Positions 33,501-48,500 are shown, numbered from the stretch's first letter. The stretch is 64,000 bases of DNA from Eledone cirrhosa (GCA_964016885.1 OZ024742.1:186248001-186312000), one strand, 5' to 3'. Program-made: numbers and translations. Notes: a model not told the origin generated them from the letters alone.

Positions 33501-36500
33501 CAGTACAGTAGTAGAGCTGGTGTCACAGTACAGTAGTAGTGTTGGTGCCACAGTACAGTAGCAGTGCTGGTGTCACAGTACAGTAGTAGTGCTGGTGCCA
33601 CAGTACAGTAGTAGTGTTGGTGCCACAGTACAGTAGTAGTGTTGGTGCCACAGTACAGTAGTAGTGTTGGTGCCACAGTACAGTAGTAGTGTTGGTCCCA
33701 CAGTACAGTAGTAGTGTTGATCCCACAGTACAGTAGTAGTGCTTGTCCCACAGTACAGTTGTAGTGTTGGTGCCACAGTACAGTAGTAGTGTTGGTGCCA
33801 CAGTACAGTAGTAGTGCTGTTCCACAGTACAGTAGTAGTGCTGGTGTCACAGTACAGTAGTAGTGCTGGTGTCACAGTACAGTAGTAGTGTTGGTGCCAC
33901 AGTATAGTAGTAGTGTTGGTGTCACAGTACAGTAGTAGTGCTGGTGCCACAGTACAGTAGTAGTACTGGTGCCACAGTACATTATTAGTGCTGGTGCCAC
34001 AGTACAGTAGTAGTGTTGGTGCCACAGTACATTAGTAGTGCTGGTGCCACAGTACAGTAGTAGTGCTGGTGTCACAGTAAAGTAAGTAGTAGTGCTGGTG
34101 TCACAGTACAGTAGTAGTGCTGGTGCCAGTTAAGTAGCAGTGCTGGTGTCACAGTACAGTAGTGCTGGTGTCACAGCACAGTAGTAGTGTTGGTGTCACA
34201 GTACAGTAGTAGTGCTGGTGCCACAATAAAGTAGTAGTGTTGGTGCCACAGTACAGTAGTAGTGCTGGTGTCACAGTACAGTAGTAGTGCTGGTGCCACA
34301 GTACAGTAGCAGTGTTGGTGCCACAGTACAGTAGTAGTGCTGGTGTCACAGTACAGTAGTAGTGTTGGTGCCACAGTACAGTAGTAGTGCTGGTGCCACA
34401 GTACAGTAGTAGTGCTGGTGCCACAGTAGTAGTGTTGTTACCATAGTACAGTAGTAGTGCTGGTGTCACAGTACAGTAGTAGTGTTGTTACCATAGTACA
34501 GTAGTAGTGCTGGTGTCACAGTACAGTAGTAGGGCTGGTGCCACATTACAGTAGTAGTGCTGGTGCCACAGTACAGTAGTTGTGCTGGTGTCACAGTACA
34601 GTAGTAGTGCTGGTGCCACAGTACAGTAGCAGTGTTGGTGCCACAGTACAGTAGTAGTGCTGGTGTCACAGTACAGTAGTAGTGTTGGTGCCACAGTACA
34701 GTAGTAGTGCTGGTGCCACAGTACAGTAGTAGTGCTGGTGCCACAGTAGTAGTGTTGTTACCATAGTACAGTAGTAGTGCTGGTGTCACAGTACAGTAGT
34801 AGTGTTGTTACCATAGTACAGTAGTAGTGCTGGTGTCACAGTACAGTAGTAGGGCTGGTGCCACATTACAGTAGTAGTGCTGGTGCCACAGTACAGTAGT
34901 TGTGCTGGTGTCACAGTACAGTAGTAGTGCTGGTGCCACAGTACAGTAGGAGTGCTGGTGCCACAGTACAGTAGTAGTGCTGGTGTCACAGTACAGTAGT
35001 AGTGTTGCTGTCACGGTACAGTAGTAGTGTTGGTGCAACAGCACAGTACAGTAGTAGTGTTGTTGCCACAGTACAGTAGTAGTGTTGGTGTCACAGTACA
35101 GTAGTAGTGCTGGTGCCACAGTACAGTAGCAGTGCTGGTGTCAGAGTACAGTAGTAGTGCTGGTGCCACAGTAGAGGAGTAGTGTTGGTGTCACAGTACA
35201 GTAGTAGTGCTGGTGCCACAGTACAGTAGCAGTGCTGGTGTCACAGTAGAGTAGTGCTGGTGCCACAGTACAGTAGTAGTGCTGCTGCCACAGTACAGTA
35301 GTAGTGCTGGTGCCACAGTACAGCAGTAGTGTTGTTGCCACAGTACACTAGTAGTGTTGGTGCCACAGTACAGTAGTAGTGTCGGTGCCACAGTACAGTA
35401 GTAGTGTTGGTTCCACGGTACAGTAGTAGAGCTGGTGTCACAGTTCAGTAGTAGTGCTGGTCCCACAGTACAGTAGTAGTGTTGGTGCCACAGTACAGTA
35501 GCAGTGCTGGTGTCACAGTACAGTAGTAGTGCTGGTGTCACAGTACAGTAGTAGTGCTGGTGCCACAGTACAGTAGTAGTGCTGGTGTCACAGTACAGTA
35601 GTAGTTTTGGTGTCACGGTACAGTAGTAGTGTTGGTGCAACAGCACAGTACAGTAGTAGTGTTGTTGCCACAGTACAGTAGTAGTGTTGGTCCCACAGTA
35701 CAGTAGTAGTGTTAGTGTCACAGTACAGTAGTAGTGCTGGTGCCACAGTACAGTAGTAGAGCTGGTGTCACAGTACAGTAGTAGTGGTGGTGTCACAGTA
35801 CAGTAGTAGTGTTGGTGCCACAGTACAGTAGTAGTGTTGCTGTCACAGTAAGTAGTAGTGTTGGTGTCACAGTACAGTAGTAGTGCTGGTGTCACAGTAC
35901 AGTAGTAGTGCTGGTGCCACAGTACAGTAGTAGTGCTGGAGCCACAGTACAGTAGTAGTGTTGGTGTCACAGTACAGTAGTAGTGCTCGTGTCACAGTAG
36001 AGTAGTAGTGTTGTTGCCACAGTACAGTAGTAGTGTTGGTGTCACAGTTCAGTAGTAGTGCTGGTGCCACAGTACAGTAGCAATGCTGGTGTCACAGTAC
36101 AGTAGTAGTGCTGGTGCCACAGTACAGTAGTAGTGCTGGTGCCACAGTAGAGTAGTAGTGTTGGTGTCACAGTACAGTAGTAGTGCTGGTCCCACAGTAC
36201 AGTAGCAGTGCTGGTGTCACAGTAGAGTAGTGCTGGTGCCACAGTACAGTAGTAGTGCTGGTGTCACAGTACAGTAGTAGTGCTGGTGCCACAGTACAGT
36301 AGTAGTGCTGGTGCAAACAGTACAGTAGTAGTGTTGGTGTCACAGTACAGTAGTAGTGTTGTTGCCACAGTACAGTAGTAGTGTTGGTGCCACAGTACAG
36401 TAGTAGTGTTGGTGCCACAGTACAGTAGTAGTGTTGGTTCCACGGTACAGTAGTAGAGCTGGTGTCACAGTTCAGTAGTAGTGCTGGTCCCACAGTACAG

Positions 36501-39500
36501 TAGTAGTGTTGGTGCCACAGTACAGTAGCAGTGCTGGTGTCACAGTACAGTAGTAGTGCTGGTGCCACAGTACAGTAGTAGTGTTGGTGCCACAGTGCAG
36601 TAGTAGTGTTGGTCCCACAGTACAGTAGTAGAGCTGGTGTCACAGTACAGTAGTAGTGCTGGTGTCACAGTACAGTAGTAGTGCTGATGTCACAGTACAG
36701 TAGTAGGGTTGGTGTCACTGTACAGTAGTAGTGTTGGTCCCACAGTACAGTAGTAGTGTTGGTGTCACAGTACAGTAGTAGTGCTGGTGCCACAGTACAG
36801 TAGTAGAGCTGGTGTCACAGTACAGTAGTAGTGGTGGTGTCACAGTACAGTAGTAGTGTTGGTGCCACAGTACAGTAGTAGTGTTGCTGTCACAGTAAGT
36901 AGTAGTGTTGGTGTCACAGTACAGTAGTAGTGCTGGTGTCACAGTACAGTAGTAGTGCTGGTGCCACAGTACAGTAGTAGTGCTGGTGCCACAGTACAGT
37001 AGTAGTGTTGGTGTCACAGTACAGTAGTAGTGCTCGTGTCACAGTAGAGTAGTAGTGTTGTTGCCACAGTACAGTAGTAGTGTTGGTGTCACAGTACAGT
37101 AGTAGTGCTGGTGCCACAGTACAGTAGCAATGCTGGTGTCACAGTACAGTAGTAGTGCTGGTGCCACAGTACAGTAGTAGTGCTGGTGCCACAGTAGAGT
37201 AGTAGTGTTGGTGTCACAGTACAGTAGTAGTGCTGGTCCCACAGTACAGTAGCAGTGCTGGTGTCACAGTAGAGTAGTGCTGGTGCCACAGTACAGTAGT
37301 AGTGCTGGTGTCAGAGTACAGTAGTAGTGCTGGTGCCACAGTACAGTAGTAGTGCTGGTGCCACAGTACAGTAGTAGTGTTGGTGTCACAGTACAGTAGT
37401 AGTGTTGTTGCCACAGAACAGTAGTAGTGTTGGTGCCACGGTACAGTAGTAGTGTTGGTGCCACAGTACAGTAGTAGTGTTGGTTCCACGGTACAGTAGT
37501 AGAGCTGGTGTCACAGTTCAGTAGTAGTGCTGGTCCCACAGTACAGTAGTAGTGTTGGTGCCACAGTACAGTAGCAGTGCTGGTGTCACAGTACAGTAGT
37601 AGTGCTGGTGCCACAGTACAGTAGTAGTGTTGGTGCCACAGTACAGTAGTAGTGCTGGTGTCACAGTACAGTAGTAGTGTTGGTGTCACGGTACAGTAGT
37701 AGTGTTGGTGCAACAGCACAGTACAGTAGTAGTGTTGTTGCCACAGTACAGTAGTAGTGTTGTTGCCGCAGTACAGTAGTAGTGTTGGTCCCACAGTACA
37801 GTAGTAGTGTTGGTGTCACAGTACAGTAGTAGTGCTGGTGCCACAGTACAGTAGTAGTGTTGGTGTCACAGTACAGTAGTAGTGTTCGTGTCACAGTAGA
37901 GTAGAAGTGCTGGTGCCACAGTACAGTAGTACTGCTGGTGTCACAGTACAGTAGTAGTGTTGGTGCCACAGTACAGTAGTAGTGCTGGTGCCACAGTACA
38001 CTAGTAGTGTTGTTACCATAGTACAGTAGTAGTGCTGGTGTCACAGTACAGTAGTAGTGTTGTTACCATAGAACAGTAGTAGTGCTGGTGCAACAGTACA
38101 GTAGTAGTGCTGGTGTCACAGTACAGTAGTAGTGCTGGTGTCACACTACAGTAGTAGTGCTGGTGCCACAGTACAGTAGTAGTGCTGGTGCCACATTACA
38201 GTAGTTGTGCTGGTGTCACAGTACAGTAGTAGTGCTGGTGCCACAGTACAGTAGGAGTGCTGGTGCCACAGTACAGTAGTAGTGCTGGTGTCACAGTACA
38301 GTAGTAGTGTTGGTGTCACGGTACAGTAGTAGTGTTGGTGCAACAGCACAGTACAGTAGTAGTGTTGTTGCCACAGTACAGTAGTAGTGTCGGTGTCACA
38401 GTACAGTAGTAGTGCTGGTGCCACAGTACAGTAGTAGTGTCGGTGTCACAGTACAGTAGTAGTGCTGGTGCCACAGTACAGTAGTAGTGTTGGTGTCACA
38501 GTACAGTAGTAGTGCAGGTGCCACAGTACAGTAGTAGTGCTGGTGCCACAGTACAGTAGTAGTGCTGGTGCCACAGTACAGTAGTAGTGATGGTGTCACA
38601 GTACAGTAGTAGTGCTGGTGCCACAGTACAGTAGCAGTGCTGGTGTCACAGTAGAGTAGTGCTGGTGCCACAGTACAGTAGTGCTGGTGCGACAGTACAG
38701 TAGTAGTGTTGGTGTCACAGTACAGTAGTAGTGTTTTTGCCACAGTACAGTAGTAGTGTTGGTGCCACAGTAGAGTAGTAGTGTTGGTGCCACAGTACAG
38801 TAGTAGTGTTGGTTCCACGGTACAGTAGTAGAGCTGGTGTCACAATACACTAGTAGTGCTGGTCCCACAGTACACTAGTAGTGTTGGTGCCACAGTACAG
38901 AAGCAGTACTGGTGTCACAGTACGGTAGTAGTGCTGGTGCCACAGTACAGTAGTAGTGCTGGTGTCACAGTACAGTAGTAGTGCTGGTGCCACAGTACAG
39001 TAGTAGTATTGGTGCCACAGTACAGTAGTAGTGTTGGTGTCACAGTAAGTAGTAGTGTTGGTGTCACAGTACAGTAGTAGTGCTGGTGTCACAGTACAGT
39101 AGTAGTGCTGGTGCCACAGTACAGTAGTAGTGCTGGTGCCACAGTACAGTAGTAGTGTTGGTATCACAGTACAGTAGTAGTGCTCGTGTCACAGAAGAGT
39201 AGTAGTGCTGGTGCCACAGTACAGTAGTAGGGCTGGTGTCACAGTACAGTAGTAGTGCTGGTGTCACAGTACAGTAGTAGTGCTGGTGCCACAGTACAGA
39301 AGTAGTGTTGGTGCCACAGTAGAGTAGTGCTGGTGTCACAGTACAGTAGTAGTGCTCGTGTCACAGAAGAGTAGTAGTGCTGGTGCCACAGTACAGTAGT
39401 AGTGCTGGTGCCACAGTACAGTAGCAGTGTTGGTGTCACAGTAGAGTAGTGCTGGTGTCACAGTACAGTAGTAGTGTTGGTGCCACAGTACAGTAGTAGA

Positions 39501-42500
39501 GCTGGTGCCACAGTACAGTAGTAGTGCTGGTATCACAGTACAGTAGTAGTGCTGGTGCCACAGTACAGTAGTAGTGTTGGTGTCACAGTACAGTAGTAGT
39601 GCTGGTGTCACAGTACAGTAGTAATGCTGGTCCCACAGTGCAGTAGTAGTGTTGGTTCCACAGTACAGTAGTAGAGCTGGTGTCACAGTACAGTAGTAGA
39701 GCTGGTGTCACAGTACAGTAGTAGTGTTGGTGCCACAGTACAGTAGCAGTGCTGGTGTCACAGTACAGTAGTAGTGCTGGTGCCACAGTACAGTAGTAGT
39801 GCTGGTGTCACAGTAGAGTAGTAGTGTTGGTGCCACAGTACAGTAGTAGTGTTGGTGCCACAGTACAGTAGTGTTGGTCCCACAGTACAGTAGTAGTGTT
39901 GATCCCACAGTACAGTAGTAGTGCTTGTCCCACAGTACAGTTGTAGTGTTGGTGCCACAGTACAGCAGTAGTGTTGGTGCCACAGTACAGTAGTAGTGCT
40001 GTTCCACACTACAGTAGTAGTGCTGGTGTCACAGTACAGTAGTAGTGCTGGTGTCACATACAGTAGTAGTGTTGGTGCCACAGTATTGTAGTAGTGTTGG
40101 TGTCACAGTACAGTAGTAGTGCTGGTGCCACAGTACAGTAGTAGTACTGGTGCCACAGTACATTATTAGTGCTGGTGCCACAGTACAGTAGTAGTGTTGG
40201 TGCCACAGTACATTAGTAGTGCTGGTGCCACAGTACAGTAGTAGTGCTGGTGTCACAGTAAAGTAAGTAGTAGTGCTGGTGTCACAGTACAGTAGTAGTG
40301 CTGGTGCCACAGTTAAGTAGCAGTGCTGGTGTCACAGTACAGTAGTGCTGGTGTCACAGCACAGTAGTAGTGTTGGTGCCACAGTACAGTAGTAGTGCTG
40401 GTGTCACAGTACAGTAGTAGTGCTGGTGCCACAGTACAGTAGCAGTGTTGGTGCCACAGTACAGTAGTAGTGCTGGTGTCACAGTACAGTAGTAGTGTTG
40501 GTGCCACAGTACAGTAGTAGTGCTGGTGCCACAGTACAGTAGTAGTGTTGTTACCATAGTACAGTAGTAGTGCTGGTGTCACAGTACAGTAGTAGTGTTG
40601 TTACCATAGTACAGTAGTAGTGCTGGTGTCACAGTACAGTAGTAGTGTTGTTACCATAGTACAGTAGTAGTGCTGGTGTCACAGTACAGTAGTAGTGCTG
40701 GTGTCACAGTACAGTAGTTGTGCTGGTGTCACAGTACAGTAGTAGTGTTGTTACCATAGTACAGTAGTAGTGCTGGTGTCACAGTACAGTAGTAGTGCTG
40801 GTGTCACAGTACAGTAGTTGTGCTGGTGTCACAGTACAGTAGTAGTGCTGGTGCCACAGTACAGTAGGAGTGCTTGTGCCACAGTACAGTAGTAGTGCTG
40901 GTGTCACAGTACAGTAGTAGTGTTGGTGTCACGGTACAGTAGTAGTGTTGGTGCAACAGCACAGTACAGTAGTAGTGTTGTTGCCACAGTACAGTAGTAG
41001 TGTTGGTGTCACAGTACATTAGTAGTGCTGGTGCCACAGTACAGTAGCAGTGCTGGTGTCAGAGTACAGTAGTAGTGCTGGTGCCACAGTACAGTAGTAG
41101 TGCTGGTGCCACAGTAGAGGAGTAGTGTTGGTGTCACAGTACAGTAGTAGTGCTGGTGCCACAGTACAGTAGCAGTGCTGGTGTCACAGTAGAGTAGTGC
41201 TGGTGCCACAGTACAGTAGTAGTGCTGCTGCCACAGTACAGTAGTAGTGCTGGTGCCACAGTACAGCAGTAGTGTTGTTGCCACAGTACACTAGTAGTGT
41301 TGGTGCCACAGTACAGTAGTAGTGTTGGTTCCACGGTACAGTAGTAGAGCTGGTGTCACAGTTCAGTAGTAGTGCTGGCCCCACAGTACAGTAGTAGTGT
41401 TGGTGCCACAGTACAGTAGCAGTGCTGGTGTCACAGTACAGTAGTAGTGCTGGTGTCACAGTACAGTAGTAGTGCTGGTGTCACAGTACAGTAGTAGTTT
41501 TGGTGTCACGGTACAGTAGTAGTGTTGGTGCAACAGCACAGTACAGTAGTAGTGTTGTTGCCAGAGTACAGTAGTAGTGTTGGTCCCACAGTACAGTAGT
41601 GTTGGTGTCACAGTACAGTAGTAGTGCTGGTGCCACAGTACAGTAGTAGAGCTGGTGTCACAGTACAGTAGTAGTGGTGGTGTCACAGTACAGTAGTAGT
41701 GTTGGTGCCACAGTACAGTAGTAGTGTTGGTGTCACAGTAAGTAGTAGTGTTGGTGTCACAGTACAGTAGTAGTGCTGGTGCCACAGTACAGTAGTAGTG
41801 CTGGTGCCACAGTACAGTAGTAGTGTTGGTGACACAGTACAGTAGTAGTGCTCGTGTCACAGTAGAGTAGTAGTGCTGGTGCCACAGTACAGTAGTAGTG
41901 CTGGTGTCACAGTACAGTAGTAGTGCTGGTGCCACAGTACAGTAGAACTGCTGGTGTCCCAGGACAGTAGTAGTGCTGGTGCCACAGTACAGTAGTAGTG
42001 CTGGTGCCACAGTACAGTAGTAGTGTTGGTGTCACAGTACAGTAGCAGTGCTGGTGCCACAGTACAGTAGCAGTACTGGTGTCACAGTAGAGTAGTGCTG
42101 GTGTCACAGTAGAGTAGTGCTGGTGCCACAGTACAGTAGTAGTGCTGGTGTCACAGTAGAGTAGTGCTGGTGCCAAAGTACAGTAGTAGTGCTGGTGCCA
42201 CAGTACAGTAGTAGTGTTGGTGTCACAGTACAGTAGTAGTGCCGGTGCCACAGTACAGTAGTAGTGTTGGTTCCACAGTACATTAGTAGTGCTGGTGCCA
42301 CAGTACAGTAGTAGTGCTGGTGTCACAGTAAAGTAAGTAGTAGTGCTGGTGTCACAGTACAGTAGTAGTGCTGGTGACACAGTTAAGTAGCAGTGCTGGT
42401 GTCAAAGCACAGTAGTAGTGTTGGTGTCACAGTACAGTAGTAGTGTTGGTGTCACCGTACAGTAGTAGTGCTGCTGTCACAGTACAGTAGCAGTGCTGGT

Positions 42501-45500
42501 CTCACAGTACAGTAGTAGTGCTGATGTCACAGTACAGTAGTAGTGTTGGTGTCACAGTACAGTAGTAGTGCTGGTGCCACAGTACAGTAGCAGCGTTGGT
42601 GCCACAGTACAGTAGTAGTGCTGGTGCCACAGTACAGTAGTAGTGTTGGTTCCACAGTACAGTAGTAGTGCTGGTGCCACAGTACAGTAGTAGTGCTGGT
42701 GTCACATTACAGTAGTAGTGCTGGTGCCACAGTACAATAGTAGTGCTGGTTCCACAGTACAGTAGTAGTGCTGGTGCCACAGTACAGTAGTAGTGATGGT
42801 GTCACAGTACAGTAGTAGTGCAGGTGTCACAGTACAGTAGTAGTGCTGGTGTCACAGTACAGTAGTAGTGTTGGTGCCACAGTACAGTAGTAGAGCTGGT
42901 GTCACAGTACAGTAGTAGTGCTGGTGTCACAGTACAGTAGTAGTGCTGGTGCCACAGTACAGTAGCAGTGTTGGTGCCACAGTACAGTAGTAGTGCTGGT
43001 GTCACAGTACAGTAGTAGTGTTGGTGCCACAGTACAGTAGTAGTGCTGGTGCCACAGTACACTAGTAGTGTTGTTACCATAGTACAGTAGTAGTGCTGGT
43101 GTCACAGTACAGTAGTAGCGTTGTTACCATAGTACAGTAGTAGTGCTGGTGCAACAGTACAGTAGTAATGCTGGTGTCACAGTACAGTAGTAGTGCTGTT
43201 CCACAGTACAATAGTAGTGCTGGTGTCACAGTACAGTAGTAGTGCTGGTGCCACAGTACAGTAGCAGTGCTGGTGTCACAGTAGTGCTGGTGCCACAGTA
43301 CAGTAGTAGTGCTGGTGCCACAGTACAGTAGTGCTGGTGCCACAGTACAGTAGTAGTGTTGGTGTCACTGTACAGTAGTAGTGTTGTTGCCACAGTACAG
43401 AAGTAGTGTTGGTGCCACAGTACAGTAGTAGTGTTGGTGTCACAGTACAGTAGCAGTGTTGGTGCCACAGTACAGTAGTAGTGCTGGTGCCACAGTACAG
43501 TAGTAGTGTTGGTTCCACAGTACAGTAGTAGTGCTGGTGCCACAGTACAGTAGTAGTGTTGGTGTCACATTACAGTAGTAGTGCTGGTCCCACAGTTCAG
43601 TAGTAGTGCTCATTCCACAGTACAGTAGTAGTGCTGGTGCCACAGTACAGTAGTAGTTATAGTGTCAAAGTACAGTAGTAGTGCAGGTGTCACAGTACAG
43701 CAGTAGTGCAGGTGTCACAGTACAGTAGTAGTGCTGGTGTCACAGTATAGTAGTAGTGTTGGTGCCACAGTACAGTAGTAGTGTTGGTGTCACAGTACAG
43801 TAGTAGTGCTGGTGCCACAGTACAGTAGCAGTGTTGGTGCCACAGTACAGTAGTAGTGTTGGTGCCACAGTACAGTAGTAGTGCTGGTGTCACAGTACAG
43901 TAGTAGTGCTGGTCCCACAGTACAGTAGCAGTGCTGGTGTCACAGTAGAGTAGTGCTGGTGCCACAGTACAGTAGTAGTGTTGGTGTCACAGTAGAGTAG
44001 TGCTGGTGCCACAGTACAGTAGTAGTGCTGCTGCCACAGTACAGTAGTAGTGCTGGTGCCACAGTACAGCAGTAGTGTTGTTGCCACAGTACACTAGTAG
44101 TGTTGGTGCCACAGTACAGTAGTAGTGTCGGTGCCACAGCACAGTAGTAGTGTTGGTTCCACGGTACAGTAGTAGAGCTGGTGTCACAGTTCAGTAGTAG
44201 TGCTGGTCCCACAGTACAGTAGTAGTGTTGGTGCCACAGTACAGTAGCAGTGCTGGTGTCACAGTACAGTAGTAGTGCTGGTGTCACAGTACAGTAGTAG
44301 TGCTGGTGCCACAGTACAGTAGTAGTGCTGGTGTCACAGTACAGTAGTAGTTTTGGTGTCACGGTACAGTAGTAGTGTTGGTGCAACAGCACAGTACAGT
44401 AGTAGTGTTGTTGCCACAGTACAGTAGTAGTGTTGGTCCCACAGTACAGTAGTAGTGTTGGTGTCACAGTACAGTAGTAGTGCTGGTGCCACAGTACAGT
44501 AGTAGAGCTGGTGTCACAGTACAGTAGTAGTGGTGGTGTCACAGTACAGTAGTAGTGTTGGTGCCACAGTACAGTAGTAGTGTTGCTGTCACAGTAAGTA
44601 GTAGTGTTGGTGTCACAGTACAGTAGTAGTGCTGGTGTCACAGTACAGTAGTAGTGCTGGTGCCACAGTACAGTAGTAGTGCTGGAGCCACAGTACAGTA
44701 GTAGTGTTGGTGTCACAGTACAGTAGTAGTGCTCGTGTCACAGTAGAGTAGTAGTGTTGTTGCCACAGTACAGTAGTAGTGTTGGTGTCACAGTACAGTA
44801 GTAGTGCTGGTGCCAGAGTACAGTAGCAATGCTGGTGTCACAGTACAGTAGTAGTGCTGGTGCCACAGTACAGTAGTAGTGCTGGTCCCACAGTAGAGTA
44901 GCAGTGCTGGTGTCACAGTAGAGTAGTGCTGGTGCCACAGTACAGTAGTAGTGCTGGTGTCACAGTACAGTAGTAGTGCTGGTGCCACAGTACAGTAGTA
45001 GTGCTGGTGCAAACAGTACAGTAGTAGTGTTGGTGTCACAGTACAGTAGTAGTGTTGTTGCCACAGTACAGTAGTAGTGTTGGTGCCACAGTACAGTAGT
45101 AGTGTTGGTGCCACAGTACAGTAGTAGTGTTGGTTCCACGGTACAGTAGTAGAGCTGGTGTCACAGTTCAGTAGTAGTGCTGGTCCCACAGTACAGTAGT
45201 AGTGTTGGTGCCACAGTACAGTAGCAGTGCTGGTGTCACAGTACAGTAGTAGTGCTGGTGCCACAGTACAGTAGTAGTGTTGGTGCCACAGTGCAGTAGT
45301 AGTGTTGGTCCCACAGTACAGTAGTAGAGCTGGTGTCACAGTACAGTAGTAGTGCTGGTGTCACAGTACAGTAGTAGTGCTGATGTCACAGTACAGTAGT
45401 AGGGTTGGTGTCACTGTACAGTAGTAGTGTTGGTCCCACAGTACAGTAGTAGTGTTGGTCCCACAGTACAGTAGTAGTGTTGGTGTCACAGTACAGTAGT

Positions 45501-48500
45501 AGTGCTGGTGCCACAGTACAGTAGTAGAGCTGGTGTCACAGTACAGTAGTAGTGGTGGTGTAACAGTACAGTAGTAGTGTTGGTGCCACAGTACAGTAGT
45601 AGTGTTGCTGTCACAGTAAGTAGTAGTGTTGGTGTCACAGTACAGTAGTAGTGCTGGTGTCACAGTACAGTAGTAGTGCTGGTGCCACAGTACAGTAGCA
45701 GTGCTGGTGCCACAGTACAGTAGTAGTGTTGGTGTCACAGTACAGTAGTAGTGCTCGTGTCACAGTAGAGTAGTAGTGTTGTTGCCACAGTACAGTAGTA
45801 GTGTTGGTGTCACAGTACAGTAGTAGTGCTGGTGCCACAGTACAGTAGCAATGCTGGTGTCACAGTACAGTAGTAGTGCTGGTGCCACAGTACAGTAGTA
45901 GTGCTGGTGCCACAGTAGAGTAGTAGTGTTGGTGTCACAGTACAGTAGTAGTGCTGGTCCCACAGTACAGTAGCAGTGCTGGTGTCACAGTAGAGTAGTG
46001 CTGGTGCCACAGTACAGTAGTAGTGCTGGTGTCACAGTACAGTAGTAGTGCTGGTGCCACAGTAAGTAGTAGTGCTGGTGCCACAGTACAGTAGTAGTGT
46101 TGGTGTCACAGTACAGTAGTAGTGTTGTTGCCACAGAACAGTAGTAGTGTTGGTGCCACAGTACAGTAGTAGTGCTGGTGTCACAGTACAGTAGTAGTGC
46201 TGGTGCCACAGTACAGTAGTAGTGTTGGTGCCACAGTACAGTAGTAGTGTTGGTGTCACAGTAAGTAGTAGTGTTGGTGTCACAGTACAGTAGTGGTGCT
46301 GGTGCCACAGTACAGTAGTAGTGCTGGTGCCACAGTACAGTAGTAGTGTTGGTATCACAGTACAGTAGTAGTGCTCGTGTCACAGAAGAGTAGTAGTGCT
46401 GGTGCCACAGTACAGTAGTAGGGCTGGTGTCACAGTACAGTAGTAGTGCTGGTGCCACAGTACAGTAGTAGTGCTGGTGTCACAGTACAGTAGTAGTGCT
46501 GGTGCCACAGTACAGTAGTAGTGTTGGTGCCACAGTAGAGTAGTGCTGGTGTCACAGTAGTAGTGCTCGTGTCACAGAAGAGTAGTAGTGCTGGTGCCAC
46601 AGTACAGTAGTAGTGCTGGTGCCACAGTACAGTAGTAGTGTTGGTGTCACAGTACAGTAGTAGTGTTAGTGTCACAGTACAGTAGTAGTGCTGGTGCCAC
46701 AGTACAGTAGTAGAGCTGGTGTCACAGTACAGTAGTAGTGGTGGTGTCACAGTACAGTAGTAGTGTTGGTGCCACAGTACAGTAGTAGTGTTGCTGTCAC
46801 AGTAAGTAGTAGTGTTGGTGTCACAGTACAGTAGTAGTGCTGGTGTCACAGTACAGTAGTAGTGCTGGTGCCACAGTACAGTAGTAGTGCTGGAGCCACA
46901 GTACAGTAGTAGTGTTGGTGTCACAGTACAGTAGTAGTGCTCGTGTCACAGTAGAGTAGTAGTGTTGTTGCCACAGTACAGTAGTAGTGTTGGTGTCACA
47001 GTTCAGTAGTAGTGCTGGTGCCACAGTACAGTAGCAATGCTGGTGTCACAGTACAGTAGTAGTGCTGGTGCCACAGTACAGTAGTAGTGCTGGTGCCACA
47101 GTAGAGTAGTAGTGTTGGTGTCACAGTACAGTAGTAGTGCTGGTCCCACAGTACAGTAGCAGTGCTGGTGTCACAGTAGAGTAGTGCTGGTGCCACAGTA
47201 CAGTAGTAGTGCTGGTGTCACAGTACAGTAGTAGTGCTGGTGCCACAGTACAGTAGTAGTGCTGGTGCAAACAGTACAGTAGTAGTGTTGGTGTCACAAT
47301 ACAGTAGTAGTGTTGTTGCCACAGTACAGTAGTAGTGTTGGTGCCACAGTACAGTAGTAGTGTTGGTGCCACAGTACAGTAGTAGTGTTGGTTCCACGGT
47401 ACAGTAGTAGAGCTGGTGTCACAGTTCAGTAGTAGTGCTGGTCCCACAGTACAGTAGTAGTGTTGGTGCCACAGTACAGTAGCAGTGCTGGTGTCACAGT
47501 ACAGTAGTAGTGCTGGTGCCACAGTACAGTAGTAGTGTTGGTGCCACAGTGCAGTAGTAGTGTTGGTCCCACAGTACAGTAGTAGAGCTGGTGTCACAGT
47601 ACAGTAGTAGTGCTGGTGTCACAGTACAGTAGTAGTGCTGATGTCACAGTACAGTAGTAGGGTTGGTGTCACTGTACAGTAGTAGTGTTGGTCCCACAGT
47701 ACAGTAGTAGTGTTGGTGTCACAGTACAGTAGTAGTGCTGGTGCCACAGTACAGTAGTAGAGCTGGTGTCACAGTACAGTAGTAGTGGTGGTGTCACAGT
47801 ACAGTAGTAGTGTTGGTGCCACAGTACAGTAGTAGTGTTGCTGTCACAGTAAGTAGTAGTGTTGGTGTCACAGTACAGTAGTAGTGCTGGTGTCACAGTA
47901 CAGTAGTAGTGCTGGTGCCACAGTACAGTAGTAGTGCTGGTGCCACAGTACAGTAGTAGTGTTGGTGTCACAGTACAGTAGTAGTGCTCGTGTCACAGTA
48001 GAGTAGTAGTGTTGTTGCCACAGTACAGTAGTAGTGTTGGTGTCACAGTACAGTAGTAGTGCTGGTGCCACAGTACAGTAGCAATGCTGGTGTCACAGTA
48101 CAGTAGTAGTGCTGGTGCCACAGTACAGTAGTAGTGCTGGTGCCACAGTAGAGTAGTAGTGTTGGTGTCACAGTACAGTAGTAGTGCTGGTCCCACAGTA
48201 CAGTAGCAGTGCTGGTGTCACAGTAGAGTAGTGCTGGTGCCACAGTACAGTAATAGTGCTGGTGTCAGAGTACAGTAGTAGTGCTGGTGCCACAGTACAG
48301 TAGTAGTGCTGGTGCCACAGTACAGTAGTAGTGTTGGTGTCACAGTACAGTAGTAGTGTTGTTGCCACAGAACAGTAGTAGTGTTGGTGCCACAGTACAG
48401 TAGTAGTGTTGGTGCCACAGTACAGTAGTAGTGTTGGTTCCACGGTACAGTAGTAGAGCTGGTGTCAAAGTTCAGTAGTAGTGCTGGTCCCACAGTACAG

